Shown here piece by piece: positions 48,949-58,695 of a DNA stretch of 64,000 nt. Position numbers and translations under genes: made by a program. The stretch spans positions 2,255-66,254 of the forward strand of contig JBKCNM010000071.1 in the NCBI GenBank assembly GCA_046297395.1, read 5' to 3'. The stretch is from Bacteroidota bacterium (GTDB lineage Bacteria; Bacteroidota; Bacteroidia; UBA4408). Positions within the stretch are counted from its first letter, which is position 1. Each line of letters opens with the position of its first letter. Under the pieces are notes generated by a model. The model was given only the letters and a program-made list of their open reading frames with translations, searched no databases and was not told where the DNA came from.

Positions 48949-50841
48949 TTATTTGAGTGAGGGATCTATCGACTGAGCCTGTTTTAACAATTCTTCGGCT
49001 TTTTCTTTTTTTCCGATGAAGGCATAGGATTTTGACATGTAAAACAAGGCTTTTGCATTGCTTGGGTCAATCTGTAATGCGCGCTCGAACATGTTTATGC
49101 TTTCGGGGTATTTTCCAAGCATCCCATAACAACTGCCCATGTTTACGATGGCATCTGTAAATCTGGGATTCAAGGTGGAAGCTTTTTCATACATCGCAAT
49201 GGCCTCATTGTATCGTCCGCTCATAAAATAAATAGCCGCCAGGTTGTTGATTGAAATGGCATCATTCGCTTGGGTTTTCAGGGCTTGTTTGTAGCACTTT
49301 TCTGCTTCCTTGTAATTTCCCAAGCGATAATAGCCAACACCCATCTGCGTAAGAGCATCCGGATAATCAGGAATGATTTCTTCGGCATGCCGGAGATAGC
49401 CGATGGCTTCTTCAATCCATGTTTTTCTCTTCTCGGCATCTTTCATGGTATCACCCACAAGTTTGATCAATTCATTTCCCAGATAATAATTGGAGCGGGC
49501 AGATTGAAGACTTTTAGGAAGATCTTTTCGATAGAGTGTCAGATTGTCTTTCCAATCAGGATTTCTTTTGATAGTAAGGATGGAAAACACCAAAACAATA
49601 CTTGACAACACATAAAGAGATATCTTTTTTTCAGGATCATTCAGCCAGGTCATGGCTGTTCCTTTGCCTTTTGAACCTGCACCCAGCAGGGCCGGTAAAG
49701 CAAGGCAGAAACCAAATGATGAAAAGTAAATAAAACGCTCTCCCATGGCAGCTCCTATGGTGATAACCAAGTTGGAATACAGCACTAATCCAAGGAGATA
49801 AATACCCGAAAAAAGTGCCCATCTTTTGCGCTTTAATATGCCCCATACGCTCACCGCAATCAGTGTTGCATATATGAGCAAACACAAAATGGCTTTCGGA
49901 TCGGTGAATCCCACAATTGGAATTTGGTTGTAGGAATAATTGTACAAGAGTGGATAGGGAAGAATAAGTAGTTTTAGATACATGCCAAGGATGACGCATA
50001 CTGTGGCAAACTTTTCCGAAGTATTGCCGGTAGCCATCAGGAGATTATCAATCACGGATACATTTTCGAGACCTACACTGCTGCCAAGAATTTGTCTGCG
50101 CATGAGCAGAAAAATCATGAGCGCACCCATGGGCAGTATGGCTCCAAAGCCTCTTCTTGTGAGAGGCAAGTCATTTTGATACCACAGGAAAAGTGGTATC
50201 ATGCCCAGGAAAAGGACAGCAGATTCTTTGCTCAGAAGCGCAAGAAAGAAGAATACACAAGCCCTGACAAGCGCCGCAATCCTGTTTTCTTTTGCATAGG
50301 TCAGAACACCATCAGTGGCAAGAAGTCCGAATAAAAAACTCATCAACTCGTCAAGACTTTTGATGCTGCCCGTAACCTCCGTGTGAATGGGATGTACCGC
50401 AAATAACAACATGCCCCAGAAGGCAATCCACTCAGGCCAGTCGGGAAAATGTTTTCGAAGAAAAACAAAGCCAAACAATACCGTAAGGACAAAGAGAAGC
50501 AAGTTTATAAAATGTCCGAACCATGGCTTATCGGGAAAAAACTCCCATTGGAGGGCGAAAACAGTGAGTGTCAGGGGTCGATACAAACCATCCTGCACAT
50601 TCAGGTAGCCAAACCGATAGGATGATTTCCAGATAAGAGGAATGCCTTTGCTACCCTGATTTACAATATTGTTTTCTTTTTGTACCGAAAAATCGTCGAG
50701 CGTATATCCGTTGCTCAGGGTGTTCAGATAAACGGCAATCGCAAAAAATCCAAGGATGAACAGCAAGGATTTTTGAATGATTGGAGTGCGTTCAATTTTT
50801 TTTTCTGACTTGGGAAGATGTTTTGCTTTTTTCTTGTTCAT
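48949..50841 (-). CDS. TMTC-like GT-C membrane glycosyltransferase with C-terminal TPRs
   Basis: YTLDD, YRPL, HPIHTE, LLSKESA, ERFIY, RN.DW.D...L motifs; about 10 TM helices followed by TPR repeats. Confidence 0.82.
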   Translation of the reverse strand: MNKKKAKHLPKSEKKIERTPIIQKSLLFILGFFAIAVYLNTLSNGYTLDDFSVQKENNIVNQGSKGIPLIWKSSYRFGYLNVQDGLYRPLTLTVFALQWEFFPDKPWFGHFINLLLFVLTVLFGFVFLRKHFPDWPEWIAFWGMLLFAVHPIHTEVTGSIKSLDELMSFLFGLLATDGVLTYAKENRIAALVRACVFFFLALLSKESAVLFLGMIPLFLWYQNDLPLTRRGFGAILPMGALMIFLLMRRQILGSSVGLENVSVIDNLLMATGNTSEKFATVCVILGMYLKLLILPYPLLYNYSYNQIPIVGFTDPKAILCLLIYATLIAVSVWGILKRKRWALFSGIYLLGLVLYSNLVITIGAAMGERFIYFSSFGFCLALPALLGAGSKGKGTAMTWLNDPEKKISLYVLSSIVLVFSILTIKRNPDWKDNLTLYRKDLPKSLQSARSNYYLGNELIKLVGDTMKDAEKRKTWIEEAIGYLRHAEEIIPDYPDALTQMGVGYYRLGNYKEAEKCYKQALKTQANDAISINNLAAIYFMSGRYNEAIAMYEKASTLNPRFTDAIVNMGSCYGMLGKYPESINMFERALQIDPSNAKALFYMSKSYAFIGKKEKAEELLKQAQSIDPSLK

Positions 50842-51206
50842 TGTTTACCGCGCAGGAGAATTTCGGTCATCATGTTCATTTTTACAGGTTTGCCCTCTTT
50901 GATGGCAGGGATGAATCGTGCTTTTTCCATCAGCTTAACAACCTGTTCGTCAACGGAAGGATGCAGGCCCTCTATAATAATCACACCGGACACGGAGCTA
51001 TCCGGATGCACATCAAAACTCAGCTGAATGGTTCCTTCTTGCAGCTTGTTTTCATCGTTCAATCGCATGTTTTTTTGAATGTAATTTACAAGTGCATCTT
51101 CCTTACCCGGATAAGATGGTAGTTGATCTACCGGACTTTGGGCTTTTAGCCCTTTCGAAAATCCAATAAAAAAAAGCAGCAGAAGAATAAGCCGAAAGTG
51201 GAACAT
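50838..51206 (-). CDS. TonB C-terminal domain protein (energy transducer TonB-like)
   Basis: Signal peptide, P.YPG...L..YI..N, G.....F.V..D..V, F.PA...GKPV. Confidence 0.78.
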   Translation of the reverse strand: MFHFRLILLLLFFIGFSKGLKAQSPVDQLPSYPGKEDALVNYIQKNMRLNDENKLQEGTIQLSFDVHPDSSVSGVIIIEGLHPSVDEQVVKLMEKARFIPAIKEGKPVKMNMMTEILLRGKQ

Positions 51207-51278
51207 AAACCAAAGAAACACATTTTTTTATTGATGAGAGGCTTGAATTTTTACTTAAGATTGTATAGGTTCGCCGCA

Positions 51279-52502
51279 ATGTTTGCGAGAATTTTTTTTA
51301 TTTTTTTACTTCTGACGAGGGTTATTTCAACGGCTCAGAATCCGGAATCTGCCCTGCAGCTTGCAAGGGAGAAAGCGAAGCAAAAAAAATACAGGGAGGC
51401 AGTCATCGAGTATGACAAAGTGCTGAGCAAGCAAAAAGATAATTTTATTGCTTACGCTGAGCGCGGACAAGCCAAGTATGAATTAGGTAAAAAAGAGGAT
51501 GCCTACAAGGATTTTGACAAAGCAATAGCACTTAATAAAGAGTACTTTCAATCTTTGATGGTAAGGGCATCAGCCTATGAAAAAGATGGGAATTTTGCGC
51601 GTGCCATCGAGGATTACACCCGTGTAATACAAGTAAATCCGGCCAATACAGAGGCGCCTGTGCTCAGAGGATTGGCCCTTATCAGACTTGGAAAATACCG
51701 TGAAGCCGAAAAAGATTTCGATGCAACTTTATCCAGATCTCCCCGCAATTTTAAGGCCTTCCTGGGGAAAGCAATCATCGCAGAAAAAGAGAAACGCTTC
51801 GAAGAAGCCATCAATCATTCTTCCAAAGCCATAGAGCTCAATAAAAATGCTGCTGAGGCTTATTATTGTAGGGCAAGGGCGCAAACAGCACTGAAAAAAT
51901 CTCAGGCATCTTTAACAGACTTTGCAAAAGCAATCGCCCTCGGAGAATCAGGAGAGCCCGTTTGGTTGGATTATGCCAACGCTGCCCTCTCCTGCGGAAA
52001 TCAGGAGGTTATTCAAACCTGTTTGCAAACCCTCACCACCAAGTTAAAATCAAAAAATCCAAAGATTTCCTATATCCGTGCCCAAGCAGCATTTATCAAA
52101 AATGATTTTGGAACGGCCTCTCGTGAGTACACCAAAATTATCACCGCAGATGCCAAGTCAATGAAAGCCTACCTTGAAAGAGGAAAATGCTATTATCTCA
52201 TGGGTGCCGGAAAGTACCCCTTGGCGCTGAAGGATTTTCAGAAAGCAACAAGTCTGGATCCCACCAGCGAAGAAGCCTGGTTTGGATATGGGAAGATGGC
52301 CTTTGAATCAAACCAGTTTGACTTGGGAAGTGAGGCTCTCAGCAGGGCTATATCCATCAAACAAACGGCAGAGGCCTATTACCTGAGGAGCAAATGTTAC
52401 TACAAACTAAAGCGGCAAAAAGAATGCTGTGCAGACCTCCGGAAATCACTTGAAATGGGTATGGGAACTGCCCAAAAAGATATTGACCGGGTATGCCGCT
52501 GA
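51279..52502 (+). CDS. Secreted TPR-repeat protein
   Basis: Signal peptide MFARIFFIFLLL..; about 10 TPRs (AY..RG.A...LG, A..DF.KAI); C-terminal CC.DL.K...G......C. Confidence 0.85.
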   Translation: MFARIFFIFLLLTRVISTAQNPESALQLAREKAKQKKYREAVIEYDKVLSKQKDNFIAYAERGQAKYELGKKEDAYKDFDKAIALNKEYFQSLMVRASAYEKDGNFARAIEDYTRVIQVNPANTEAPVLRGLALIRLGKYREAEKDFDATLSRSPRNFKAFLGKAIIAEKEKRFEEAINHSSKAIELNKNAAEAYYCRARAQTALKKSQASLTDFAKAIALGESGEPVWLDYANAALSCGNQEVIQTCLQTLTTKLKSKNPKISYIRAQAAFIKNDFGTASREYTKIITADAKSMKAYLERGKCYYLMGAGKYPLALKDFQKATSLDPTSEEAWFGYGKMAFESNQFDLGSEALSRAISIKQTAEAYYLRSKCYYKLKRQKECCADLRKSLEMGMGTAQKDIDRVCR

Positions 52503-52548
52503 CTCCCTGAATAGTCATACATTTGCCACCTCAAACAATTCCATTTTT

Positions 52549-54234
52549 ATGTCAGAAGACAGGCAAATAATTTTTTCCATGGTCAAGGTGTCAAAAACAC
52601 TTTCTACCGGAAAAACAATTTTAAAAGACATCTATCTATCCTTTTTTTACGGTGCCAAAATCGGCATCATCGGATTAAACGGGTCCGGTAAATCAACCTT
52701 GCTCAGAATCATTTCCGGGGTAGATAAATCCTATCAGGGCGATGTGGTTTTCTCTCCGGGATACTCAGTCGGATACCTTGAGCAGGAACCTTATCTGGAT
52801 GAAAATAAAACTGTCAAGGAAATTGTGATGGAGGGCGTTTCGGATACGGTTAACCTGCTGAAAGAGTTTGAAGAGATCAACCTGAAGTTTGGCCTACCGG
52901 AATATTATGAAAATGCGGAAGCCATGGAAAAGCTGATGAACAGGCAGGCAGAAATCCAAGATAAAATTGATGCCATTAATGCATGGGACTTGGATAACCA
53001 ATTGGAAATTGCCATGGATGCCTTGCGTTGCCCGGATGGTGATACTCCTGTGAATGTGCTTTCCGGTGGCGAAAGACGGCGTGTAGCCTTATGCAGATTG
53101 CTGTTGAAAAAACCGGACATTCTGCTTCTTGACGAGCCCACCAACCACCTCGATGCAGAGAGTGTTGACTGGCTCGAACAGTTTTTGCAAAACTACAGCG
53201 GCACTGTCATTGCAGTAACACACGACCGCTATTTCCTAGATAATGTTGCCGGATGGATTCTTGAGCTCGACAGGGGAGAAGGAATTCCATGGAAAGGAAA
53301 CTATTCCTCCTGGCTCGATCAGAAAGGAAAGCGACTGGCACAGGAGGAAAAACAAGAAAGCAAGCGACAGAAAACACTTGCCAGAGAGCTGGAATGGGTG
53401 AGGCAGGGTGCCAAAGGCAGACAGGCAAAAAGCAAAGCAAGGCTCTCTGCTTATGACAAATTGTTGAGCCAGGATGCAAAGGAAAAAGAAGACAAACTGG
53501 AAATTTTTATTCCCAACGGTCCCAGGTTGGGATCCGAAGTGATTGAGTTTAACGCTGTTTCAAAATCCTATGGTGAAAAGGTCTTGTTTGAAAACTTGAG
53601 TTTTCGCCTTCCGCCTGCAGGAATTGTAGGCATCATCGGCCCGAATGGTGCAGGTAAATCAACACTTTTTAGGATTATCATGAACCAGGTTGAACCCGAT
53701 GCAGGAAATGTGAAGATTGGAGATACTGTTCGCATCAGTTATGTTGATCAGGCACACAAGGAAATCAATCCCGATAAAACGGTATTCGAGGTCATTACCG
53801 GAGGAACAGAAACCATGATGCTGGGAGGCCGGCAGATCAACTCCAGGGCATATGTGTCCCGATTCAACTTTAATGGGGCAGACCAGGGAAAAAAATGCGG
53901 GGTGTTGTCAGGTGGTGAACGAAACCGTTTGCACCTTGCCATGTCGCTCAGAAATGAAGGCAATGTGCTCCTTCTGGATGAACCTACCAACGATATCGAC
54001 ATCAACACCTTGAGGGCACTCGAAGAAGGACTAGAAAATTTTGCCGGTTGTGCCGTGATCATTTCTCACGACAGATGGTTTCTCGACAGGGTATGCACGC
54101 ATATCCTCGCCTTTGAAGGGAATTCGCAGGTGTATTATTTTGAGGGTGGATATTCTGATTACGAAGAGAACAAAAAGAAAAGAGTAGGGGATATTACCCC
54201 GCGCAGACTGAGGTACAAAAAGCTGGAAGTATAA
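52549..54234 (+). CDS. ettA: Energy-dependent translational throttle ABC-F protein EttA
   Basis: Two ABC domains (GLNGSGKST, LSGGERRR, LLDEPTNHLD; GPNGAGKST, LSGGERNR), GNYSSWL, ELEWVRQ..K.RQ.KSKAR; TACATTTG promoter at 52518-52525 supports the 52549 start. Confidence 0.96.
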   Translation: MSEDRQIIFSMVKVSKTLSTGKTILKDIYLSFFYGAKIGIIGLNGSGKSTLLRIISGVDKSYQGDVVFSPGYSVGYLEQEPYLDENKTVKEIVMEGVSDTVNLLKEFEEINLKFGLPEYYENAEAMEKLMNRQAEIQDKIDAINAWDLDNQLEIAMDALRCPDGDTPVNVLSGGERRRVALCRLLLKKPDILLLDEPTNHLDAESVDWLEQFLQNYSGTVIAVTHDRYFLDNVAGWILELDRGEGIPWKGNYSSWLDQKGKRLAQEEKQESKRQKTLARELEWVRQGAKGRQAKSKARLSAYDKLLSQDAKEKEDKLEIFIPNGPRLGSEVIEFNAVSKSYGEKVLFENLSFRLPPAGIVGIIGPNGAGKSTLFRIIMNQVEPDAGNVKIGDTVRISYVDQAHKEINPDKTVFEVITGGTETMMLGGRQINSRAYVSRFNFNGADQGKKCGVLSGGERNRLHLAMSLRNEGNVLLLDEPTNDIDINTLRALEEGLENFAGCAVIISHDRWFLDRVCTHILAFEGNSQVYYFEGGYSDYEENKKKRVGDITPRRLRYKKLEV

Positions 54235-54271
54235 TTGCTGATGTCTTTCAAAAGTTCCCGTCTGATTGTGT

Positions 54272-54712
54272 ATGCTTCATCCTAACAATTCATATAACCT
54301 GCGGGTATATGGCATTCTTTGTTCGGAAGAAAAAGTACTGCTCAGCAAGGAACATCATTTCGGAACCCCAATGCTTAAATTTCCGGGAGGAGGAGTTGAA
54401 AAAGGAGAAGGATTCCTGGCTGCATTGCATCGCGAATTCATGGAGGAACTAGGAACTCCCATTGCCAAAGCCGAACACTTTTATACCACGGATTTTTTTG
54501 TTGAATCAGCCTTTCAACCAGGCGTGCAACTCATCAGCGTGTACTATCGTGTGTGGGTGCACAAGCCTCATGAAATTGCTGCGATTGACTCTTCCGATAA
54601 GGCTGTGATATCCGAAGGTGAGCAAGCCTTTTTATGGGTTTCTCCTCAACGGGAAAATGCGGTTGAGTTAACCTTTCCTGTTGACAGGATTGTGTGGAAT
54701 ATGCTCGCTTAA
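54272..54712 (+). CDS. NUDIX hydrolase
   Basis: Nudix box FPGGGVEKGE....AL.REF.EELG. Confidence 0.9.
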   Translation: MLHPNNSYNLRVYGILCSEEKVLLSKEHHFGTPMLKFPGGGVEKGEGFLAALHREFMEELGTPIAKAEHFYTTDFFVESAFQPGVQLISVYYRVWVHKPHEIAAIDSSDKAVISEGEQAFLWVSPQRENAVELTFPVDRIVWNMLA

Positions 54713-54777
54713 AACCCTGGTAAAACAAATTTATAGAATGTTAATTTATGTTGTAAAAATGTTACATTTGGCATGCA

Positions 54778-56400
54778 ATGAAACATATCAATCTTTCTTT
54801 TCTAATTCCGGTCTTCATCGGATTTACATTCCTATCGGTTTCCTGTAAAAAAAGCGCCCCTTTCGGTTCCAATAGCTGGTCTCCGGAAGTGGCTATGCCT
54901 CTTGTGAATGCTGAATTCGCACTCAAAGATATCACCAAGCGTTCGGCAGGCAATATCATCGAGGATGCAAATGGGTTCATCACTTTTGTTTATGAAACCA
55001 AACTGTTTTCTAAATCAGCCAATGAAGCCATCGATTTGGGTGAGCAACGCTTCAGGTTTGCTACCGGAGTAGATGCCGGCATTGTGAACATATTCAACAG
55101 CCTCCCGCCAAATATTGATACAGTGCCTATCCCGCTTGCCACTCCTCCACCCATCAATTTTGTGGTGAATGCAGGGACCACACTCGATTCACTTATCCTC
55201 AAGCAGGGAGTAATCTCATTGGAGTGTGGGAACAGATTCAACCAGGAGCTTACAGTAATTTTTCGCCTTCCTTCCGTAACCAAAAACGGACAGGCATTTC
55301 AGCAGCGCATCAGCATACCGGCAAACAGCAATGTAAGTCCTTCATTCAATCTCGATGGCTACCGTCTCAATCTCTCAACTGGTACTCCTCCACAACCCAG
55401 CTTGCTTTCCATAGAGGTAGGAGGGGTAATCCGAAAAATTTCTCCTACTCTTTCCGGAGATTCCCTCACCGTGAAGATGACCCTCAACCAAATGAAATTT
55501 TCCAAAGCATTCGGTATTCTGGGCAGCCAAAACCTCTTGCCTCAGCCCGACACCGCCGACATCACACTTTTCTCCAATGCCCTCACCGGAGGAATAAGCA
55601 TCAAAAATCCCTCTGTCCGTTTTGATGTTCAGAATTCTTTCGGACTCGGAATGCAGTTGTCTTTTCTGCAGTTAAAAACCCTGAGCAATGCCAATCCCGG
55701 CAGCTCAACCCCGGTTACGGGTAGTTTTCAGGCCAGCAGCTCCAATCCTTTTACAGTTGCTATGCCCACTTATAATGTTCCCCCCGGTGTAACCAATCAA
55801 TCTTTCACTGTATCATCAGCAAATAGCAACATCAGCTCTGTTATTTTTGGGGCACCCAACAAACTGATTTATCAGGTGAATACCACCCTGAATCCCGGTC
55901 CTCCCGTGCAGAACTTTATCTATGATACAAGCACCATTCGCACCAGCGCATATGTGGAGTTGCCTTTCGAAGGGTATGTAAACAACCTTGCATTTAAAGA
56001 TACTTTCCCCTTCGATTTCAATCGACCTGAACTGATTGAAAGACTGATATTCAGATCCAATATCACCAACGACTTTCCGATGGATGCGAAACTTCAAATG
56101 TATTTTGTAACCGAAACTTTTGAGAAACGCGATTCATTGTTTCTTACTTCAGCCGATCAAGTTGTGATTCCAAAGGCGCCTGTAAATGCAGATGGAATTA
56201 GCATAGGTTCTTCAAATAAAATCTACGATATCATTTACAATGCTTCTGATGCAGGCAAGCTCACCGGTGTAAAAAAAATAATCATGATTGCTTCGCTCAG
56301 TACTACCGATAGCGACAAGCAGAAAAATGTAAAGTTTCTCTCTCGCTATCGAATGAAAGTTAGATTCGGAATCAGAGCAAAAGTCAAAATGAGTTTATAA
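54778..56400 (+). CDS. Large beta-rich outer-membrane lipoprotein of unknown function
   Basis: Lipobox SVSC at residue 22 followed by KK; W.P....PL motif; Ser/Thr/Pro-rich beta-sandwich pattern; TACATTTG promoter at 54763-54770. Confidence 0.8.
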   Translation: MKHINLSFLIPVFIGFTFLSVSCKKSAPFGSNSWSPEVAMPLVNAEFALKDITKRSAGNIIEDANGFITFVYETKLFSKSANEAIDLGEQRFRFATGVDAGIVNIFNSLPPNIDTVPIPLATPPPINFVVNAGTTLDSLILKQGVISLECGNRFNQELTVIFRLPSVTKNGQAFQQRISIPANSNVSPSFNLDGYRLNLSTGTPPQPSLLSIEVGGVIRKISPTLSGDSLTVKMTLNQMKFSKAFGILGSQNLLPQPDTADITLFSNALTGGISIKNPSVRFDVQNSFGLGMQLSFLQLKTLSNANPGSSTPVTGSFQASSSNPFTVAMPTYNVPPGVTNQSFTVSSANSNISSVIFGAPNKLIYQVNTTLNPGPPVQNFIYDTSTIRTSAYVELPFEGYVNNLAFKDTFPFDFNRPELIERLIFRSNITNDFPMDAKLQMYFVTETFEKRDSLFLTSADQVVIPKAPVNADGISIGSSNKIYDIIYNASDAGKLTGVKKIIMIASLSTTDSDKQKNVKFLSRYRMKVRFGIRAKVKMSL

Positions 56401-56408
56401 ATTCTTGT

Positions 56409-58691
56409 ATGAAAAAAACGATTTCACTTATATCTTTCTTTCTTTGTTTTCAGGTAACATCTTTGTTCGCGCAGCAAAACATGGTTTTAAGAAACATGTT
56501 TTTCATGCCGCAGAACACTTATGTGAATCCTGGCGCCATGCCCAATGATCGCTTCAGTTTAGGATTGCCCCTCATCTCAAACAGCTACCTCTCTGCTTAC
56601 AGCAATTCTTTTGCCTACAATGACCTGATAAAAAAAGGGCCCACCGATTCTCTCTATTTCGATATAAACAATGTCGTTGGTATAATGAAAGATCAGGGAC
56701 TTATGAATGTGCAGCTTCAAACAGATTTGCTTTTTGTGGGATTGCGATTCAAAAAAAGCTACATCATGGTGAATGCAACCGAGAAATTTGAATCCCAATT
56801 TGAATTTTCCAAGGATATGCTCAACTTTGTATGGAACGGGAATGCCGGCACAATGGGAAGAACCCAAAACATTTCACTGGCATTAAACATGAACCATTAC
56901 AGAGAAGTAGGTTTTTATTATGCAAGAGATTTTTTCAATAAGTTGAAAATAGGGGTGCGTTATAAAATGCTCTTTGGTATGGAAAATATTACCTGTAATG
57001 CCAGCTCGCTTAATATTACTACAGATTCCACAACCTATGATTTATCCGTATCAAGTGATTTAAATATCAATTCTGCCGGCTTGTCTGTAATCGATATCTC
57101 AAATGTGAAAAATTATTTTCTGAGTCAGGCAAACAAAGGAAGAGCTTTTGATTTTGGAGCCACCTACCGATTCAATTCAAGATTCTCAGTAGGAGCATCC
57201 GTGCTTGATATTGGTCGTATTAACTGGACACAAGACAGCAAGAACTTCAGGACAGCCAACCCTAGTGCAACTTATTCCTACTCAGGTGCAAACATTGGTT
57301 CAATCATCAGCGACAGCCTGCCAACGAGCGATGTTTTTAAAAATTCTCTCGACTCAATCAAAGAAACATTCCGTATTGCTGAGACCCCCACCAGCTATGT
57401 AACCAAACTAAAACCAACCGTATTCCTTTCAGGAAATTATTTTTTCGGCCAATTCACTTTTCTCACTGCTATCATCCAGGCAAGACAGGCGCTTGAAGGC
57501 TGGAAAGGAACCTACGGCCTGGCCTTTAACGCGCGCTTGGGAACCCTCATGGATTTGGGATTTAACTATACTTATAACCGCGATATCAGGCATAATTTTG
57601 GTTTCGGTTTGGTTTTTTATTCCGGAAACGCATCCATCCTGATAGCAAGTGATAACCTGATTGGTGCCATCAGATTCAAAGACACAAGGTTTGTGAATGC
57701 ACGCATCGGAATCGCCTTTCATTTTGGAAAGTACTTTTTGGACAATGATCGCGACAATGACCAGATACCTGATGATGAAGACAAATGTCCCGGTGTATTT
57801 GGCCCTCCTGAAAGCGGCGGTTGCCCGGATTCGGATGGAGATAAAATCATTGACAGTGAGGATGACTGTCCGCGTGAACCCGGTTCCAAGGCACTGAATG
57901 GTTGCCCGGACCGTGATACCGATGGCATCATCGACAAATTTGATGATTGTCCCGATCTGGCAGGTGAACCTGAATTCAAAGGATGCCCCGACCGCGACCA
58001 CGATGGGATCATGGATATTGATGACAAATGCCCCTTAGATGTGGGTACAAAAGAGCTCAAAGGCTGTCCTGATAAAGATGGAGATGGCATCGGAGATGGT
58101 GATGATTTATGTCCCGAAAAGAAAGGTTCATTGTCAAACAGCGGTTGTCCTCCCGATGCGGATAAAGACGGCGTTTTTGACGATGAAGATAAATGTCCCG
58201 ACCTGGCCGGTGAAGTACAGAACAAAGGCTGTCCGAATTCCGATACCGATTCCGATGGCGTTTTTGATGCAGATGATGATTGCCTATACACCTCCGGAAG
58301 CCCCGATAACAAAGGCTGTCCCGTAATTACACAGGAGGAGATGGAAGTGATTAATAAAGCCACAGAGCAGGTTGAATTTGATGAAAGTTCAACTGAGTTA
58401 AAATCTTCTTCTTATCAGTCTCTTGAGGCTTTGGCAACATTGCTGAAAAGCCGTGAGGGAATGATGCTGAAGATCATTTCACATAGCGACAACGAAGGAA
58501 GTGAATCTGCAAAAATGAAATTGACAGAAGACAGGTCGCTATCCATCAAACAATTCCTCGTAAACAAGATTGTGAATCCTACACAAATCATATGTGAATT
58601 TTACGGCGGCAGCAAACCTATCGGCGACAATAATACGCCCGAAGGCAGAAGAAGAAACAACAGAACAGAGCTAATCATCAAATACAAATAA
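56409..58691 (+). CDS. Outer-membrane protein: DUF5723-like beta-barrel + thrombospondin type 3 repeats + OmpA-like domain
   Basis: Signal peptide, Q..Y.NP, G...D.G.TY, S..DIG.I.W barrel motifs; Asp/Cys repeats; C-terminal F...S..L, HSD..G, G..KP...N.T.EGR..N.R.E. Confidence 0.82.
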   Translation: MKKTISLISFFLCFQVTSLFAQQNMVLRNMFFMPQNTYVNPGAMPNDRFSLGLPLISNSYLSAYSNSFAYNDLIKKGPTDSLYFDINNVVGIMKDQGLMNVQLQTDLLFVGLRFKKSYIMVNATEKFESQFEFSKDMLNFVWNGNAGTMGRTQNISLALNMNHYREVGFYYARDFFNKLKIGVRYKMLFGMENITCNASSLNITTDSTTYDLSVSSDLNINSAGLSVIDISNVKNYFLSQANKGRAFDFGATYRFNSRFSVGASVLDIGRINWTQDSKNFRTANPSATYSYSGANIGSIISDSLPTSDVFKNSLDSIKETFRIAETPTSYVTKLKPTVFLSGNYFFGQFTFLTAIIQARQALEGWKGTYGLAFNARLGTLMDLGFNYTYNRDIRHNFGFGLVFYSGNASILIASDNLIGAIRFKDTRFVNARIGIAFHFGKYFLDNDRDNDQIPDDEDKCPGVFGPPESGGCPDSDGDKIIDSEDDCPREPGSKALNGCPDRDTDGIIDKFDDCPDLAGEPEFKGCPDRDHDGIMDIDDKCPLDVGTKELKGCPDKDGDGIGDGDDLCPEKKGSLSNSGCPPDADKDGVFDDEDKCPDLAGEVQNKGCPNSDTDSDGVFDADDDCLYTSGSPDNKGCPVITQEEMEVINKATEQVEFDESSTELKSSSYQSLEALATLLKSREGMMLKIISHSDNEGSESAKMKLTEDRSLSIKQFLVNKIVNPTQIICEFYGGSKPIGDNNTPEGRRRNNRTELIIKYK
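57747..58322 (+). repeat. Seven tandem TSP3-type Ca-binding repeats (DxDxDG..D..D.CP....G.....GCP)
   Basis: Seven units of about 27 aa counted in the translation. Confidence 0.85.
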
Positions 58692-58695
58692 TTCT

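Noticed and set aside
52429-52548. N-terminal extension of EttA in the ORF track
   Set aside because: It overlaps the upstream TPR gene and contains the -7 promoter; the conserved protein begins at 52549.
54728-54756. dif-like sequence (..TTATGTTGTAA)
   Set aside because: The XerC arm and spacer do not fit; it is better explained as an AT-rich promoter region.
57429-58363. Long antisense ORFs (190 and 214 aa) with apparent periodicity
   Set aside because: Shadows of the TSP3 repeat coding sequence; not a CRISPR array or separate gene.
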